Assembly (NCBI GenBank): GCA_008632985.1
Contig: QPGO01000071.1
Coordinates: 1-64,000 of the forward strand
Direction: 5' to 3'
DNA from: Psammoneis japonica
Lineage: Eukaryota
DNA: 64,000 nt
Made by a program: the position numbers and the translations under genes. Shown piece after piece: positions 35,355-47,516 of this stretch (position 1 is its first letter; every line of letters begins with the position of its first letter). Below the pieces are notes generated by a model. It was not told the DNA's origin, searched no databases, and saw only the letters and a list, made by a program, of their open reading frames with translations.

Positions 35355-36248
35355 TCATTGTTTCTTTTCCTTCTCAGAAGAAGAGGCGGACCTGTACGTC
35401 TTGAGGAGATATGTTGTCCCCAAAAGCATGGAGAGACAACAAACAAGTTGCACCTCTGTGAATCCTTGAAAATACCGCGATGAAAACATTCGGTCCGAAG
35501 GTGGTCGATAGCGATACATTTCAACAGTGAGCCTCAAAATAGGATAAAGCACCATAAACGCAGCGAAAAGCTGTCCATGTACAGGTAGCCGATTTTTTCG
35601 TTCCAATCGGAGCAGCACCCAACACAAGAGCAAATTACCGAGAAACGCATACAGTTGCGTCGCGTGCATAGGATCGCTGTAAGTATCGCTACGGTCTTTG
35701 TGATGGTGCCTCCGAAATTGCCTGTAAGCACTCAGCAGATACTCCAGTCCAAAAACGTCACGAATTGCACCATCCTCCTCAATCACTCTCCCAAAGCAAC
35801 ATCCTTCCAACAAACACCCGATCCTGCCAATTGAAATTCCCAGTGCCAATGGAGCTGACCCGAAATCGAGCACTTGCGCAACAGGCATTTTCTGAGCTCG
35901 ACTGTAAAAAGCAATAAGTAGTACAACCATTAGGATTCCACCATGCAAGGTCAATCCGAATGCAGGAATGAGCATGACGAGAAACGGGTTCTTTCCCCGT
36001 GCCCTCGCATTTGCGACAAAGTTCGCCCAGTTTACAAAGCAATACTGAAATCGCGCACCCCACAACCCCCCTACAATGGCGAGAAGGAGCAGAGATAAGC
36101 ACTGCTTGGTCGTGATATTAAATCGTTTTCTGGTTTTTAGCATCAGGATTCCATCGGCTACGAATGCTAAAGCAAGCATCAGCCCGTACCATAAAAAATT
36201 GATGCCAAAGGCTGAAAAGGCAATCGGACCACTGTTTATCTTTATCAT
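35355..36248 (-). CDS. lgt: Prolipoprotein diacylglyceryl transferase (Lgt) homolog, intronless
   Basis: 'FLWYGLM', 'GLWGARFQY', 'GLTLHGG', 'LGISIGRIGCLLEGCCFG', 'HATQLY', 'GQLFAAFMVLYPILRLTVEMYR', multiple TM segments. Start at MIKINSGP (36248); upstream ATGs at 36314 and 36344 are possible. Confidence 0.9.
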   Translation of the reverse strand: MIKINSGPIAFSAFGINFLWYGLMLALAFVADGILMLKTRKRFNITTKQCLSLLLLAIVGGLWGARFQYCFVNWANFVANARARGKNPFLVMLIPAFGLTLHGGILMVVLLIAFYSRAQKMPVAQVLDFGSAPLALGISIGRIGCLLEGCCFGRVIEEDGAIRDVFGLEYLLSAYRQFRRHHHKDRSDTYSDPMHATQLYAFLGNLLLCWVLLRLERKNRLPVHGQLFAAFMVLYPILRLTVEMYRYRPPSDRMFSSRYFQGFTEVQLVCCLSMLLGTTYLLKTYRSASSSEKEKKQ

Positions 36249-36667
36249 GGTGATATTTCTTTGTTTAGGCAGCAATATGGCAAGCGGGTAGCAAGATAGT
36301 AGAGAGAAGGTCATGGATCGACGCACATCGCATGCGGCATGCATCAGAACCTGAACACCGCCAGCGCGAAAGATCTTTCCAAAGATTTTCTTTTTTTTGT
36401 ATTTGCCGTTTTCGAAATGCCAACGGATAATAATTTCGGGGCTATCTTATTTATTTACCTTCAGGACGGTATAGTGAATTCAAGTTATTAATAGCTTTAG
36501 TGGCGTAGGAGATTATAGAAATGAAATTAATCAAAATCAAATATGTACATATTTATTTCTGAATAAAACGATTTTACTGGCATACTGTACGGTACTTGGC
36601 AGGCAGTTGGCAGGTTGGATATCGTCAAAGTAAAAACGCGTCATTTTTTCAGAAGAAAGAAGAAACA

Positions 36668-38242
36668 ATGAAGTGTTCTCCGACCGTCGAGAGCCGCACG
36701 TGGCTGACCTTGCTGCGGGCAGCCTTGCTTTCCATTGTTTTATTGTCTAAGAATAACCTGGTGTATGGCTGTAGTAGCGAAGGGACCACTTGCGCCACAG
36801 GAGAGTGTGTTTGTTCCGATACGCTTACAGCCGCAGAAGAAACGTCTTGTAAGTACACTTCGTGACTTGCGAGGCCTTGCTTCTAAACTCACGAACTGCT
36901 TTACCCTAAGATCGATTACTCACTATCCTGCCCTTCTTTCTTTTGCGCAATTTGCAGGTTGTAAGTAACCACGCAAACAAGAAAACGAGCTTGAAACTTT
37001 CTCATGATGTTTTTGCTGTTGTGTGTTTTGGTGCTTTTCGTGTAATCAGCCGACCTCGGAGCAGACAGCATTGGGTGCATTTCCTGTGATAATGATAACT
37101 TTCGATTTTGCGGTGACGTATCTACGTGCAATAGTTGCTCGGAAGGACAGTGTGTGTGTTCCGATGGACTTATTGATGAAGGCAGTTGTGAGTACAGTTT
37201 AGGACGGGCGACACATTATTTCTAGATGTTTTATCCCCATATGATTGCTCACTACCCCCTCCCTTGTTCGTCTTGCTCAATCTGCAGGTGGTAGGTAACC
37301 GTTGAATATGCAAACGAAGAGAACATGCTAGAAACGTTGATGTGTCTAATACTTTTTTTTGGTGTTCTTCTCGTGTACTTGTAATCAGCCGGTTTCGGAG
37401 CCGGTGATGATGGATGCATCTCCTGCACTTTCAGTGATTTTTGTTCTGATACGTCAAAGTGCAGCGAGGAAGGAGGAGGCGAACGCCGAGCCACCCGTCG
37501 CCTAAACTTGCAACATGATGACTATCTTCAAGTCCTTGACACGTGTGGTGACCTTGAATATGATGGCGCCATCTATGTCAATTCTCACTTTTTTGCGGTT
37601 TTCTATCCATCTGCGGCCACCATCCATGCATCCTGCCCCATGCTCGCCTACCAGCTTCGTTTCGACGAAGACAACTGGCAAGTAGATAGCGCTGATCAAG
37701 TTGAAGAGGACCTTGCGGTTGAAATTATTGTCGACACCTACGAAAACATTGGCCATGGAGAACGTATCTTTCCACGCGACCAGTCGTTTTCAACTGGAAC
37801 GTACACACTCAACCAAGTCGCCGACGCTGTCGCTTCTGTGCAAGTGCCCGAGACAGGAGCCTGGGACGTCCTGCACAACTCGTGCTTTGCCATGGCCACT
37901 CAAATGGCTGTCGCTCTAGACTGGGATATCGACAATGGTATGCTTCCCTACGTTAGCCAACGTCTAAGGATGCATCACACTAGCAATAATGTCCAGAAGG
38001 CCATCAAGACGCGAAACTTTGTCAAATACTTTCAAGGCGGATACCTTGAGCCGGTTCTCCTCAAGACCGTCGAGGCGTGGATTGGCGGAGATGGTGGTTT
38101 GGGCGGTGCTCCTGAGGGACAGGCGCTTCTCGACTTTATCATCAATGCTGATCCGGAAGAGGATGAAGCGCTTGCTGTGTTTTACGACGAGCTTGTTGAT
38201 AGCTATGTTGATCGCGATGTTCGTACCACCAAGAAGAATTGA
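36668..38242 (+). CDS. Secreted Cys-rich repeat protein; exons 36668-36848, 36958-36960, 37050-37187, 37288-37290, 37389-38242
   Basis: Signal peptide, four canonical GT-AG introns and a consistent phase. Two repeats 'C..G.CVCSD.L....SC...GA...GCISC.....C.D.S.C', then an 'RRL' motif and a ~245-aa C-terminal domain. Confidence 0.8.
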
Positions 38243-38935
38243 TCTCTCTTCTCCTTCATCTCTGGCACAGCGTGAGACTTGCTGGTGAGGATTTGGCTTG
38301 GACTCTTGGATTGATTTTCCGGCGACTTTGCCATTTATGTGCCTATGCGTTATGGTAGAAAACTTAGCTAACTAGATGAAAAAGATAGTTTAAGGCTTTA
38401 TGCGCGGGTTGGTGGCACCAAACTACATCATGTGTGCAGTGTGGAGAAGATGTGAACGATGCTCCGCTTGTCTTTCGACAACGTCACGGGCGCAAACTGT
38501 TGAGATGATTATCAAAAATGACCGCTAGTTTCACTGCTTCTATAGTGCAGTCGGCAATCGTAGAAGCTGTGGATCTGGTACTACATGGCATGTTTGGTCA
38601 AAACACTGGGTTTTTTGGATTTTGTGCTGAGGAGGAGAAGCAAGATTACCACAATGCCGTTGATATTTCTGAAAATACATTCAACAACGAATATAATCAT
38701 TTGGAACCAAGATAGGACAGAAATGTCTTTCAGCGAACATGGCAATTTGTCTTAGAGAAAATAACGGTTCTGTTAGTTTTCGTTTTTATTACATATAGAA
38801 GAGTTGTAAATGTTTCAATATAAGTACACAGCATAGCCGTTATGTCGCTCGATCGTCGCACGTACGTACCTCTTCGTAGCTTTAAAATTAAAACTGTAGG
38901 GCCCTACTGTACGCCACGCGATAGTGCGGCAACGC

Positions 38936-40717
38936 ATGGACAACATCGAGGCTCTCGAAGGTCGCCGTCACAACGACACAAACAAAACGCAATATCATAC
39001 GGTATGTTTGCCCATTGCGGAGGAGAAAAGGATAATGAACCCTCAATCAAAGTGTACTTTGGGTCGTAGAAGTAAAAAGAAGCACACAGAGCATGATGAG
39101 CCGCTGTTTGTAAAGCAAAGGCCAAGAAACAAGCCTCCTCCGAGAAAGCGGTCGCCATCTCCACCTCGACGCAAAGCGGAATCGAAACAGCTTCATAATG
39201 AGCCACTGTTTGTAAAGCACAAGCCAAGAAACAAACATCCTCCGAGAAAGCGTTCACCCTCTCCACCGACGTTCAAAGCAGAGCCGACGCTTTCTAGTTT
39301 CTTTGAAGCAACACCATCCGTAGCACTTCGAACGGGACAAGCTGCAAATTTGTATTCTCGTGATTTTGAAATGCACTCGAAATTGGCAAATCGAGCACGA
39401 CAACGCAATCGACGCAGACGTGTTACTGAGTTGCGTTGGTCTGATTTGGAGATTGGGGAACTTTTGGGATCGGGGAATTTCAGCCATGTCTATGAAGTTA
39501 AACTGTTGAGGCGGCGAGTGGACGAAATACAAGAAGAGCAAGAGGATGATTTGAACACAATCAACACAGATGTTTGGGATATGGCATCGCGATGGACAGA
39601 GGCACAGGGGCCCTCTCACAACAAGGTGTCGGACATTTGGGACCTTATCTCTCACTCTGGAACACTGGTGGAAGAGCCACTTGAAGAGGAGGATGAGAAT
39701 CAAACTTATGCGTTGAAACATTTGAATCCAGGAGCAATGAAGAACGAGCGCCAGTTCAAGGCGAATGCGATTGACTTGGTTCTCGAGGCCAAATTGCTGG
39801 CCAATCTCAACCACGATAACATCATCAAACTTCACGCAGTCACTGGAGGGAGCATTGTGACTGTCTTTAACGGTGGGGGCTACTTTCTGTTGTTGGATCG
39901 TCTTTCAAATACGCTAGAAGAACGCATTAAGGCATGGCAAGAAGAAAAGAAACGATCAAAGTCACGTTCTCGTTCTAGACCACGGTCACGCTTGCGTGGT
40001 CTAGGGCGAGATAAGGATGCTGCCAAAAAGGAGCTTACTCCTGATCAACGAAAGATTCTGGACGACCGCCTCCGATCTACAGCGCTTGGTATTGCAAGAG
40101 GAATGGAGTATCTTCATTCCAATCACATTGTCTTTCGTGACTTGAAGCCAGCCAACATTGGATACAACGCCAAGGGAGTTGTGAAAATCTTTGACCTCGG
40201 GCTAGCACGGGAGATTGTGGATCCTGATCAACGGCTGACGGGCAACACGGGGTCTCTTCGGTACATGGCACCAGAAGTTGCCAAGCACGAACACTATGGA
40301 TTAAAGGCAGACGTGTACAGCTTTGGTCTTGTTCTATGGGAAATCCTCACGTTGGACTTGCCCTACCAGGGTTTGAACCGAGTCAAACACGCCGAGCAGG
40401 TTGTGTACGGAAATCAGCGTCCACCAATCGGCAATGACTTTTGCGGGACATCCGATATCATAAGGATAATTGAAAATTGCTGGGACGTAAATCAAAGGAT
40501 CCGTCCGAGCTTTGTTTCGATTCGCAACTCCCTTTTGACCGAACTGGCGACCAATCGTCAGGCCGAAACAGACAAGTGGGTTGCCGACGTCAAGGCAGAA
40601 ACAACTGCCGCGCGAATGCGGACCAAACTTCGAAGACGACGACAAGATAAAGAATATCATCGCTTCGAAGACGGGGGGACCGAATCCAATAGGGTGAGTT
40701 GGAATCATAACGTGTAA
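38936..40717 (+). CDS. Ser/Thr protein kinase (diatom TKL-like)
   Basis: 'LGSGNFSHV', 'YALK', 'FRDLKPANIG', 'FDLG', 'GSLRYMAPE', 'DVYSFG'. 102-bp internal duplication at 39092/39194. Confidence 0.92.
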   Translation: MDNIEALEGRRHNDTNKTQYHTVCLPIAEEKRIMNPQSKCTLGRRSKKKHTEHDEPLFVKQRPRNKPPPRKRSPSPPRRKAESKQLHNEPLFVKHKPRNKHPPRKRSPSPPTFKAEPTLSSFFEATPSVALRTGQAANLYSRDFEMHSKLANRARQRNRRRRVTELRWSDLEIGELLGSGNFSHVYEVKLLRRRVDEIQEEQEDDLNTINTDVWDMASRWTEAQGPSHNKVSDIWDLISHSGTLVEEPLEEEDENQTYALKHLNPGAMKNERQFKANAIDLVLEAKLLANLNHDNIIKLHAVTGGSIVTVFNGGGYFLLLDRLSNTLEERIKAWQEEKKRSKSRSRSRPRSRLRGLGRDKDAAKKELTPDQRKILDDRLRSTALGIARGMEYLHSNHIVFRDLKPANIGYNAKGVVKIFDLGLAREIVDPDQRLTGNTGSLRYMAPEVAKHEHYGLKADVYSFGLVLWEILTLDLPYQGLNRVKHAEQVVYGNQRPPIGNDFCGTSDIIRIIENCWDVNQRIRPSFVSIRNSLLTELATNRQAETDKWVADVKAETTAARMRTKLRRRRQDKEYHRFEDGGTESNRVSWNHNV

Positions 40718-41115
40718 GGGGTAGGGGTTACAGAATCGAAGCCTGGAAATACGAAAGCGAGGGAGCAACATTATTTGGGTGTAGGGTGTTAAATTTGAAT
40801 CTTCGGAAAGATAGTTGCATCGGTGTCTTCTGGCTTTGAAAATCACTGGAATCGGTTGGGGTACAGGAAAAATACGCTTTCAATGGTATTTTGATCGTCA
40901 AGGACGATGAAACGGCTTTGTGGTCATGGTCGGGGATGATCACAAACTCCAAAACGCTTTGGCAGTGCCAGGAAACTGTGCGACAGACGGACGCAATAAA
41001 AGGATTTGTTTGAAATTTAATATTTATTCATTAAAATGGGATATCATTCACTTTTATTCAATGACTTAGATTGCAATCACTTCATCCGACGAGCGACGAG
41101 TTTTCAGATTTCACC

Positions 41116-43290
41116 ATGGTGGCAACGACGAGCTTTACGCAGGGCAGCGCAACCTCAATGGGTTCCAGCTCCATGTTCTCGCCCTCTACCAATGCAAGTC
41201 TCTTTTCTCCTCGAGACACGAGCATGGGCGGTGGTAGCGCGACACCGCGTTTGTTTTCGCCTACCGCCGCAACCTCGTGGTCTGTCGAGAGCGCAAGACA
41301 AGAGCTCCGTGAAGCGGTTTCAACCTTGTCCCATTGTGGACTGAAGCTAGCAGCCAAGTGGGCATGCGAACAATTGATTGGATTGCCTCCTCCAACAGAG
41401 CTGGAAGAAGCTGCTCCTCCAGTCATCAAGGGAATCAGCGGTGGTGATGATATGGCTGTGTATGCGAAATCATTGATGGATCTGGGAGAGTATGTGCACG
41501 CTGCGGCGGTATTAAGTCAGCCCTCCAAGGATATCGGTACCATTTCAGCTCCACTTCCGCACTTATCGTCTTTTGGGATCTACATTAGAGCATATGCAAT
41601 GTACTTGGCAGGAGAACGAAGAAAGGAGGAAGAGATCGTTGAACTCAAGTAGGTGATGTTGTTGTTGATGAATTGATTCTTAGAAGTTATGTTGTCAATT
41701 TGGGATCGGAAAAGGAACTGACGCACTCTCTTATGTTTTTGACTTGGGAACAGGGAACCTCTGGAACGAACGACTCTTCGAAATCCGTACTTGTCGCAGC
41801 TCTGTGATGAATTGTCCGAGGCTTATGCTTCGAAGAGTCTGGATGCGTTTGGTTTGTACGTGTACGGCATTGTCCTGAAAGAACGAGAACAATCTCGTCT
41901 AACTTCCATCGCCGACTCTTCCGTTGCATCGCACGGAATCCTCATGGAGTCTATCTTGAGCTTCCCATGGAATTGGAGTGCTTGGCTTGATTTGGCCGAG
42001 TTGTGTTTGGACGAACCGACACTCCATCCAGTTGTCGAAAACAAGCTTCAGAGCCTGGCGAGTCACTACATGTACCATTTCTTTTGCTCTCACGTCTTTG
42101 GAGAAGATCAAGCGCAAGAAAATGCCATTGCCATTATGGAACGACTCATGTATGCCGAACAACCGCCACACGACCATGATGAAGATGCACAAGACGAGGG
42201 TGCTGCCTTGTTTCGAAACTCACCCTATCTCGTCTCTCGCATGGCGGTGGCACACTATCATTTGAGGGCGTTTGATGTGGCCGAAGATTGCTTCGTCGCC
42301 CTTCGGGACCGCGATCCGTACCGCTTGGAGGATATGGATGTCTATTCCAATATTCTCTACGTTCGCGAAAACCGCGTTGCCTTGTCTCAACTCGCCCACG
42401 GCTGTGTACGAGTCGACAAGTACCGTCCGGAGACGTGCTGTATTGTGGGGAATTACTATTCTATAAAGTCGCAACGCCCCAAGGCTGTCTGGTACTTTCA
42501 GCGCGCCCTCAAGCTGAATCGTAACTATCTGAGTGCGTGGACTCTCATGGGGCATGAATATGTGGAAATGAAAAACACAGCGGCCGCTATGGAAGCCTAC
42601 CGTCGTGCCGTGGATGTCAATGAACGTGACTACCGTGCTTGGTATGGATTGGGGCAGACGTACGAGATTCTTGATATGCATCTGTATGCTCTCTTTTACT
42701 ATCGCAAGGCCGCTGCGTTGAGGCCCTATGATGCACGCATGTGGTGTGCCATGGGCGGCTGCTATTTGGGTCTCAACAAGCGTGCCGACGCGATTCGGAC
42801 TTATGAACGGGCAGTGTCACACAATGACACAGAGGGCATTGCAACGCAAAAGTTGGCGGCCCTCTATCGGGAAGACGGGCACGACGAAAAAGCTGCACGT
42901 TGTTATATGCGTCATTTGGAACTTCGTTATGAAGCGACCGACCATCACGCCGATCAAGCACCAGCGTCGATTGAAGCGGTGCTCAACAGTGTCGTCGTGC
43001 AGGCAGCGGAAGCTGAAGCGCTCTTGTTTTTGGCATCGTATCACAAGAAACACGGGGAGTACGAAACGGCGGCCTTGTGTTGTTCTCGGCTGTTGGAGTA
43101 TGCCGGGCCGGAAAAGGAAGAAGGCAAGGCACTGTTGAGAGAAATCAGATCTCGACGAGAAGAACAGTCTGGAATGCGGCAGCAGCAGCAGCAATCCGGC
43201 AGAGCTGGCCTTCGACTAGATGTGTCAGAGGATTCTTCAATGGACGCCAGCTCTGTCAAAGATGAATCGTCTTTTGAATTTTCACCATAA
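41116..43290 (+). CDS. CDC23: Anaphase-promoting complex subunit 8 (TPR); intron 41649-41753
   Basis: 'GLKLAAKWACEQL', 'DPYRLEDMDVYSNILYV', 'DKYRPETCCIVGNYYS', 'AWTLMGHEYVEMKNT', 'DYRAWYGLGQTYE'. Confidence 0.95.
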
Positions 43291-43431
43291 TCCTTATTGG
43301 GGAGGGGGGTTGCGCAATTGACTATTTTAAAATCTAAGAACTTCTTAGCGTCGTCACGTGGGTGCTATCATTATAAATCAGTACCAGCAACGTATTTCCA
43401 CAACTTGCGGAGTCATCGTGCGTGTCTCTGC

Positions 43432-45126
43432 CTACCCTTTTTTCCTTTTGGTATTCTTTCGTCTTTGATCGACAACCTTTTCGGCATCTTCTCGTTTTGG
43501 AATAAGACCACTCAACCAAACCGCACACGACATCCAAGAGAGGGACGCTACTGTCGATAGAGCAGACAATTGCACAATGCCAAATCCTTCAAACGCATAC
43601 GCAAGTGCAGACAAGACGAGTGACATGCCGCTCTTTCCGAATCGATTTCCAAACACACCAATCACTTCCTTGCCCAAGTACCGGCTTTCAAAGTCTAGCG
43701 GTTGGTAGACCATTTCGTTCACCACATTGCGTAGCGAATAATCCATGGTTTTTGCGCAAAAAAAGGAAAAGGCCAACACGTAAAGCGATGGATCGACCTG
43801 AAGGTTTTGAATGACACTGCAAACCAGAGGGATGAGTGGCATGAACGCCATACCCATTTTGGCTCGATTCGTTTGAGAAAGAGCGGCAAGACGAGAAACT
43901 GAAACATCCCCGAGACGCCGTTGACTGTCGCGTAAAACTGTCCCGCCCAGGCTGCTCGCTCACTGTCGACCGTGATGGATGTTTTAAGTTTGGTCACAAG
44001 CAAACATTTAGGATTGTTGATAAGCTTTGAAAGCTGAGAACCTCACAAAAGAGCGCACCCAGTGTTGGTACTCGTCGAAACAAATCTCGTGCTTTGGTAA
44101 TTTGTGATTTTGATTCGTTCGTCTCCTCGTTTGTCTTTTTCTTGCCCTTTTTCTTGTCTTGTGCCTTTTGCGTCATTTCATCTTCAGGATTAAACCCATG
44201 CTTGTCAGACGTTGAATAGGCCTGCTCGGCGCACAACAGACTCAATAGTAAACTAAAGACGTTGCATCCCATCAATCCCAGTAGCCCCACCTTTTCCACT
44301 AGAACCGAAATGAAACTACCAGAGAGTGTAGACGTGATGGACGACAAGCCTGCAATCGATGCAAACCAGGTGGATCCTTCGGTTGGTGTCAGGATGGATC
44401 CGATAAAGGACCATTGTTGCGAATAGATCAAGTGAGCATACGAATTCTGCAGAATAAAAGCCAAGCCAACAAGAATCTTGGATAGCGAAACGACACGACT
44501 GCCTCCGAGGGGAATCATGATTTGAGACTTTTCCCAAACAGAAATCAACACGGCCAAGCCGCCCAAGGCAAACATGGAAAACAGAGTAGTGTGCCGAAGT
44601 GCAACTCGTGGTCCATGCTGTTCCAGTTCACGGCCGTATCTGTTTTTCAGCAAAGAAACAACATTGTATAAGTCGTCACAAATTACAACGAGACGAGAAA
44701 GCACTTGTTTTCTTACCCCATGAGAAGCAGTACAGATACTGGAGAAACACATGCCATGGCAAGAGGAAATGCCGCTGGACTCGTAAAACCCGTTTCGGAT
44801 GATGTGAAAAGAGCTAGATTGGAACTTCGTGCAAATTCATACCCCCCAAAGTGAAGCGCCATGGAGATTGCCATCCAAACCGCCGCTGACCCTCGCGGGG
44901 GCAACGGTTCAAGAACTTTGGAAAGCATATTATCTTTTGGTAACACTGATAGAGATGTAGATGCAGAAGCTCCTCCAGATAAACGAAATACCGAATCAAC
45001 CAAGGGTTTTGATTTTGAAAGCGATGCGCGGTTCATGTGATGGTGGTTGTGTGCTGGAAGTGGTGAGAAAGCGTGTATCGATGATATTGTTGACCAAAAC
45101 AAAAACACGACGCTCCTGGCAAGCAT
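43432..45126 (-). CDS. TLC/NTT-like (MFS-fold) transporter with signal peptide; one intron (~44642-44716) and two 1-nt frameshifts
   Basis: 'ALHFGGYEFARS', 'QQWSFIGS', 'AKTMDYSLR...EMVYQPLDFESRYLGKEVIGVFGNRFGKSG'. Frame breaks at ~44000 and ~43845 lie in short T runs. Confidence 0.75.
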
Positions 45127-47516
45127 AAGAAGAAAACCACTATAAGATAGCTTCTTACTTCTTCCAACTCTTCCACTTGGATCTTTCCCGCTGTTTTGCT
45201 ACCAACAATCGTCGGCGGCATTCATCAAGTGCTTCACATCTTGCATATCGTCGTGTGTGGTATCTGGTATCGTTGTTTTGTCGCGTTGGCATCAAGGATG
45301 CTGACGCGACTTCCGGTAGGCGGATGGACGGAAGAAACGCATGTTTCCGGGTTTCCCGTCTGTAACCCGCAAGGCAACACCGCGCAATCGCCGCAACCAG
45401 CAACATCATCGTGGGACCCCACAAATACGGAGGGACCCGCAACCCGGAAATGTGTAGAGTTCTACGTGAATGTATGGGGACTGTTCACGTAGGTTTTGTA
45501 CCAGAGCTATCTCGCGAACTAGGCGTTTTTTCGGATTTTTGTCGTAGAAACTGTACCAGTTTTGCGTATGTAAGCTACATGTTTCAGTACCACATACAAA
45601 AATTCGCGTCCCTCCGTATTACACGACGCTCGCGGAGCGGCCACCGCTGCGTAGAAATGGCATTTTGTACTGTGACGTCATCTTGCACGTAGATTCTACG
45701 GCAGTACTGAAAAGCCGCTCCTTCCTTCTTTTTTTTGGGCCGAAATTCAGATCTGCCTCCCACAATTCCCAGTACAAAAAATGCGTAAAAGTTACGGAAC
45801 GAAAATGGTGAGTCGCCGTTCATCGGTAAGAACGTTACTGCTTGTGTTATTGGGTCAAAACGCGCAATGTTTCGATTGTATCTCATCATCAACTTATATG
45901 ACTATCGTTCTATCTAAAAACATTGCGACTTTTTGCCACTTGCAGAGCGAAAAAAAGACTTTTGCTGCCGCCCACTTGTTTCACCCGATGTCGCTGCTTC
46001 CGACAACTTCAGGCGACGTTCTCAAGGTTCAACACAGAAGGTGTGGTATGGGATAACGTTCATTCGTCGACATTTGTGATAGAGATGAAGGAGAAAATAT
46101 CCTGACTGTTGTGGGAGGTGATGCTGAGCTGAAAACAAGAGCTCATCCAAATGTGCATCCGTCGCCTTGGTCCTGTCGCAACCGCCTGATCGACTCAGAA
46201 TGCCAAGAAATTCATGAGGAGGGGTTGTTCAAGGAATTAGAGAGCCCCTTCATGTAATAAAGGAAGCTACTATGGGCAAGACAAGGAAACAAAAGAGCAA
46301 TTCAAGGACGTGAGAACCCGCAAGCTGGTGGACCCACAAATCTGCCAATCTACCACCGGAGACAATTTGCAATGTAGGAGACGACTCCTAGTTTTAACCA
46401 GCAATTCTAAGCACTAGTCCATGCTAATTTATCATATTACGCATTTATAATCTATTCTTATCATTGAAGTGATGATTTCTAGCGCTTGGAGCCTTCAAGA
46501 GAGAACTGCTTGCGCTCACCAAGTTCCGGATCAAATCCACTTTTGGGCTTCAATGGCACTTATTGTTTTTGTTGACTCTTGCCACTACTCATGTTCAATG
46601 TCCTTCTATGTAGTGGATGCTTCCTGGACTATTGTTAAGCCTTAAATCTACATTATTAACAAACTGCGCATCGTTCCGTGCACTCAAAATGATGAAAATG
46701 GGTGTCCGTAAAAAGGGTTCCGGCCAGCTATCGTCAATTACCAGTCACTGGTAGTATTTTCTACAGTTTGATCCCGATCTTAAGAAGCATTGACCGCATA
46801 CAAAAGCATCTTTGCAGACAATATGAACAATTTAAGCTGTGCTCCGCATCGATTTGGTTGGAGCTGGTGCATTCACAGGATCAGAGGTCCAACTGCTTAC
46901 GGCTCCTCAGGAACTCGCATGGATTCTTGACTTCTGACAACCACCCAGGATCGTCTCATTTAGGCATAGAGGGAGGAGTATGAGGCGTAGGTTGAAACTT
47001 TTGGATGGTTTAATGTAGACATTGAGCCGATTTGATTGTCGATAATGATCGTGACAGCAAGGATTGCCGCGCTTGCTTTTGTTTTTGACACGGAAAACAC
47101 TGCCAAAGAAAGAGCTTGTGACTTTCTATGTCACCTTTATCGAATATATCGTCCAAGTCATGGGTACCTGCATAATACATTCCACTGTACACCTTCAAAA
47201 CATTTGCTGTCGTGTCGGATGCAGAAGACACAAAGAAATTGAGTGAAAAGTTCAGATGACGATTAAAGGCATCAAATGAAGATTTCTTGCTTTAGTACCC
47301 TTACCTTATGATCATAATGAGGTTTTAACATACTATCCAGGTGTTTCTTACACTTGGTGTTAAATATTGCCGCCGCCGCAACCGATCTCATGGTCGACTT
47401 GAGTTGCGTCGCGTGTCTGCGTTTTGGATGAAGAAACATTGATTTTATGGGTTATGAGCGTTTTGTCGAAAATCACAGCGATGGCCGCGCGGACGTGGCC
47501 CAAAAGCGTCGTATTT

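Noticed and set aside
45800..47500. Possible gene in this interval
   Set aside because: Only short ORFs with no recognisable motifs.
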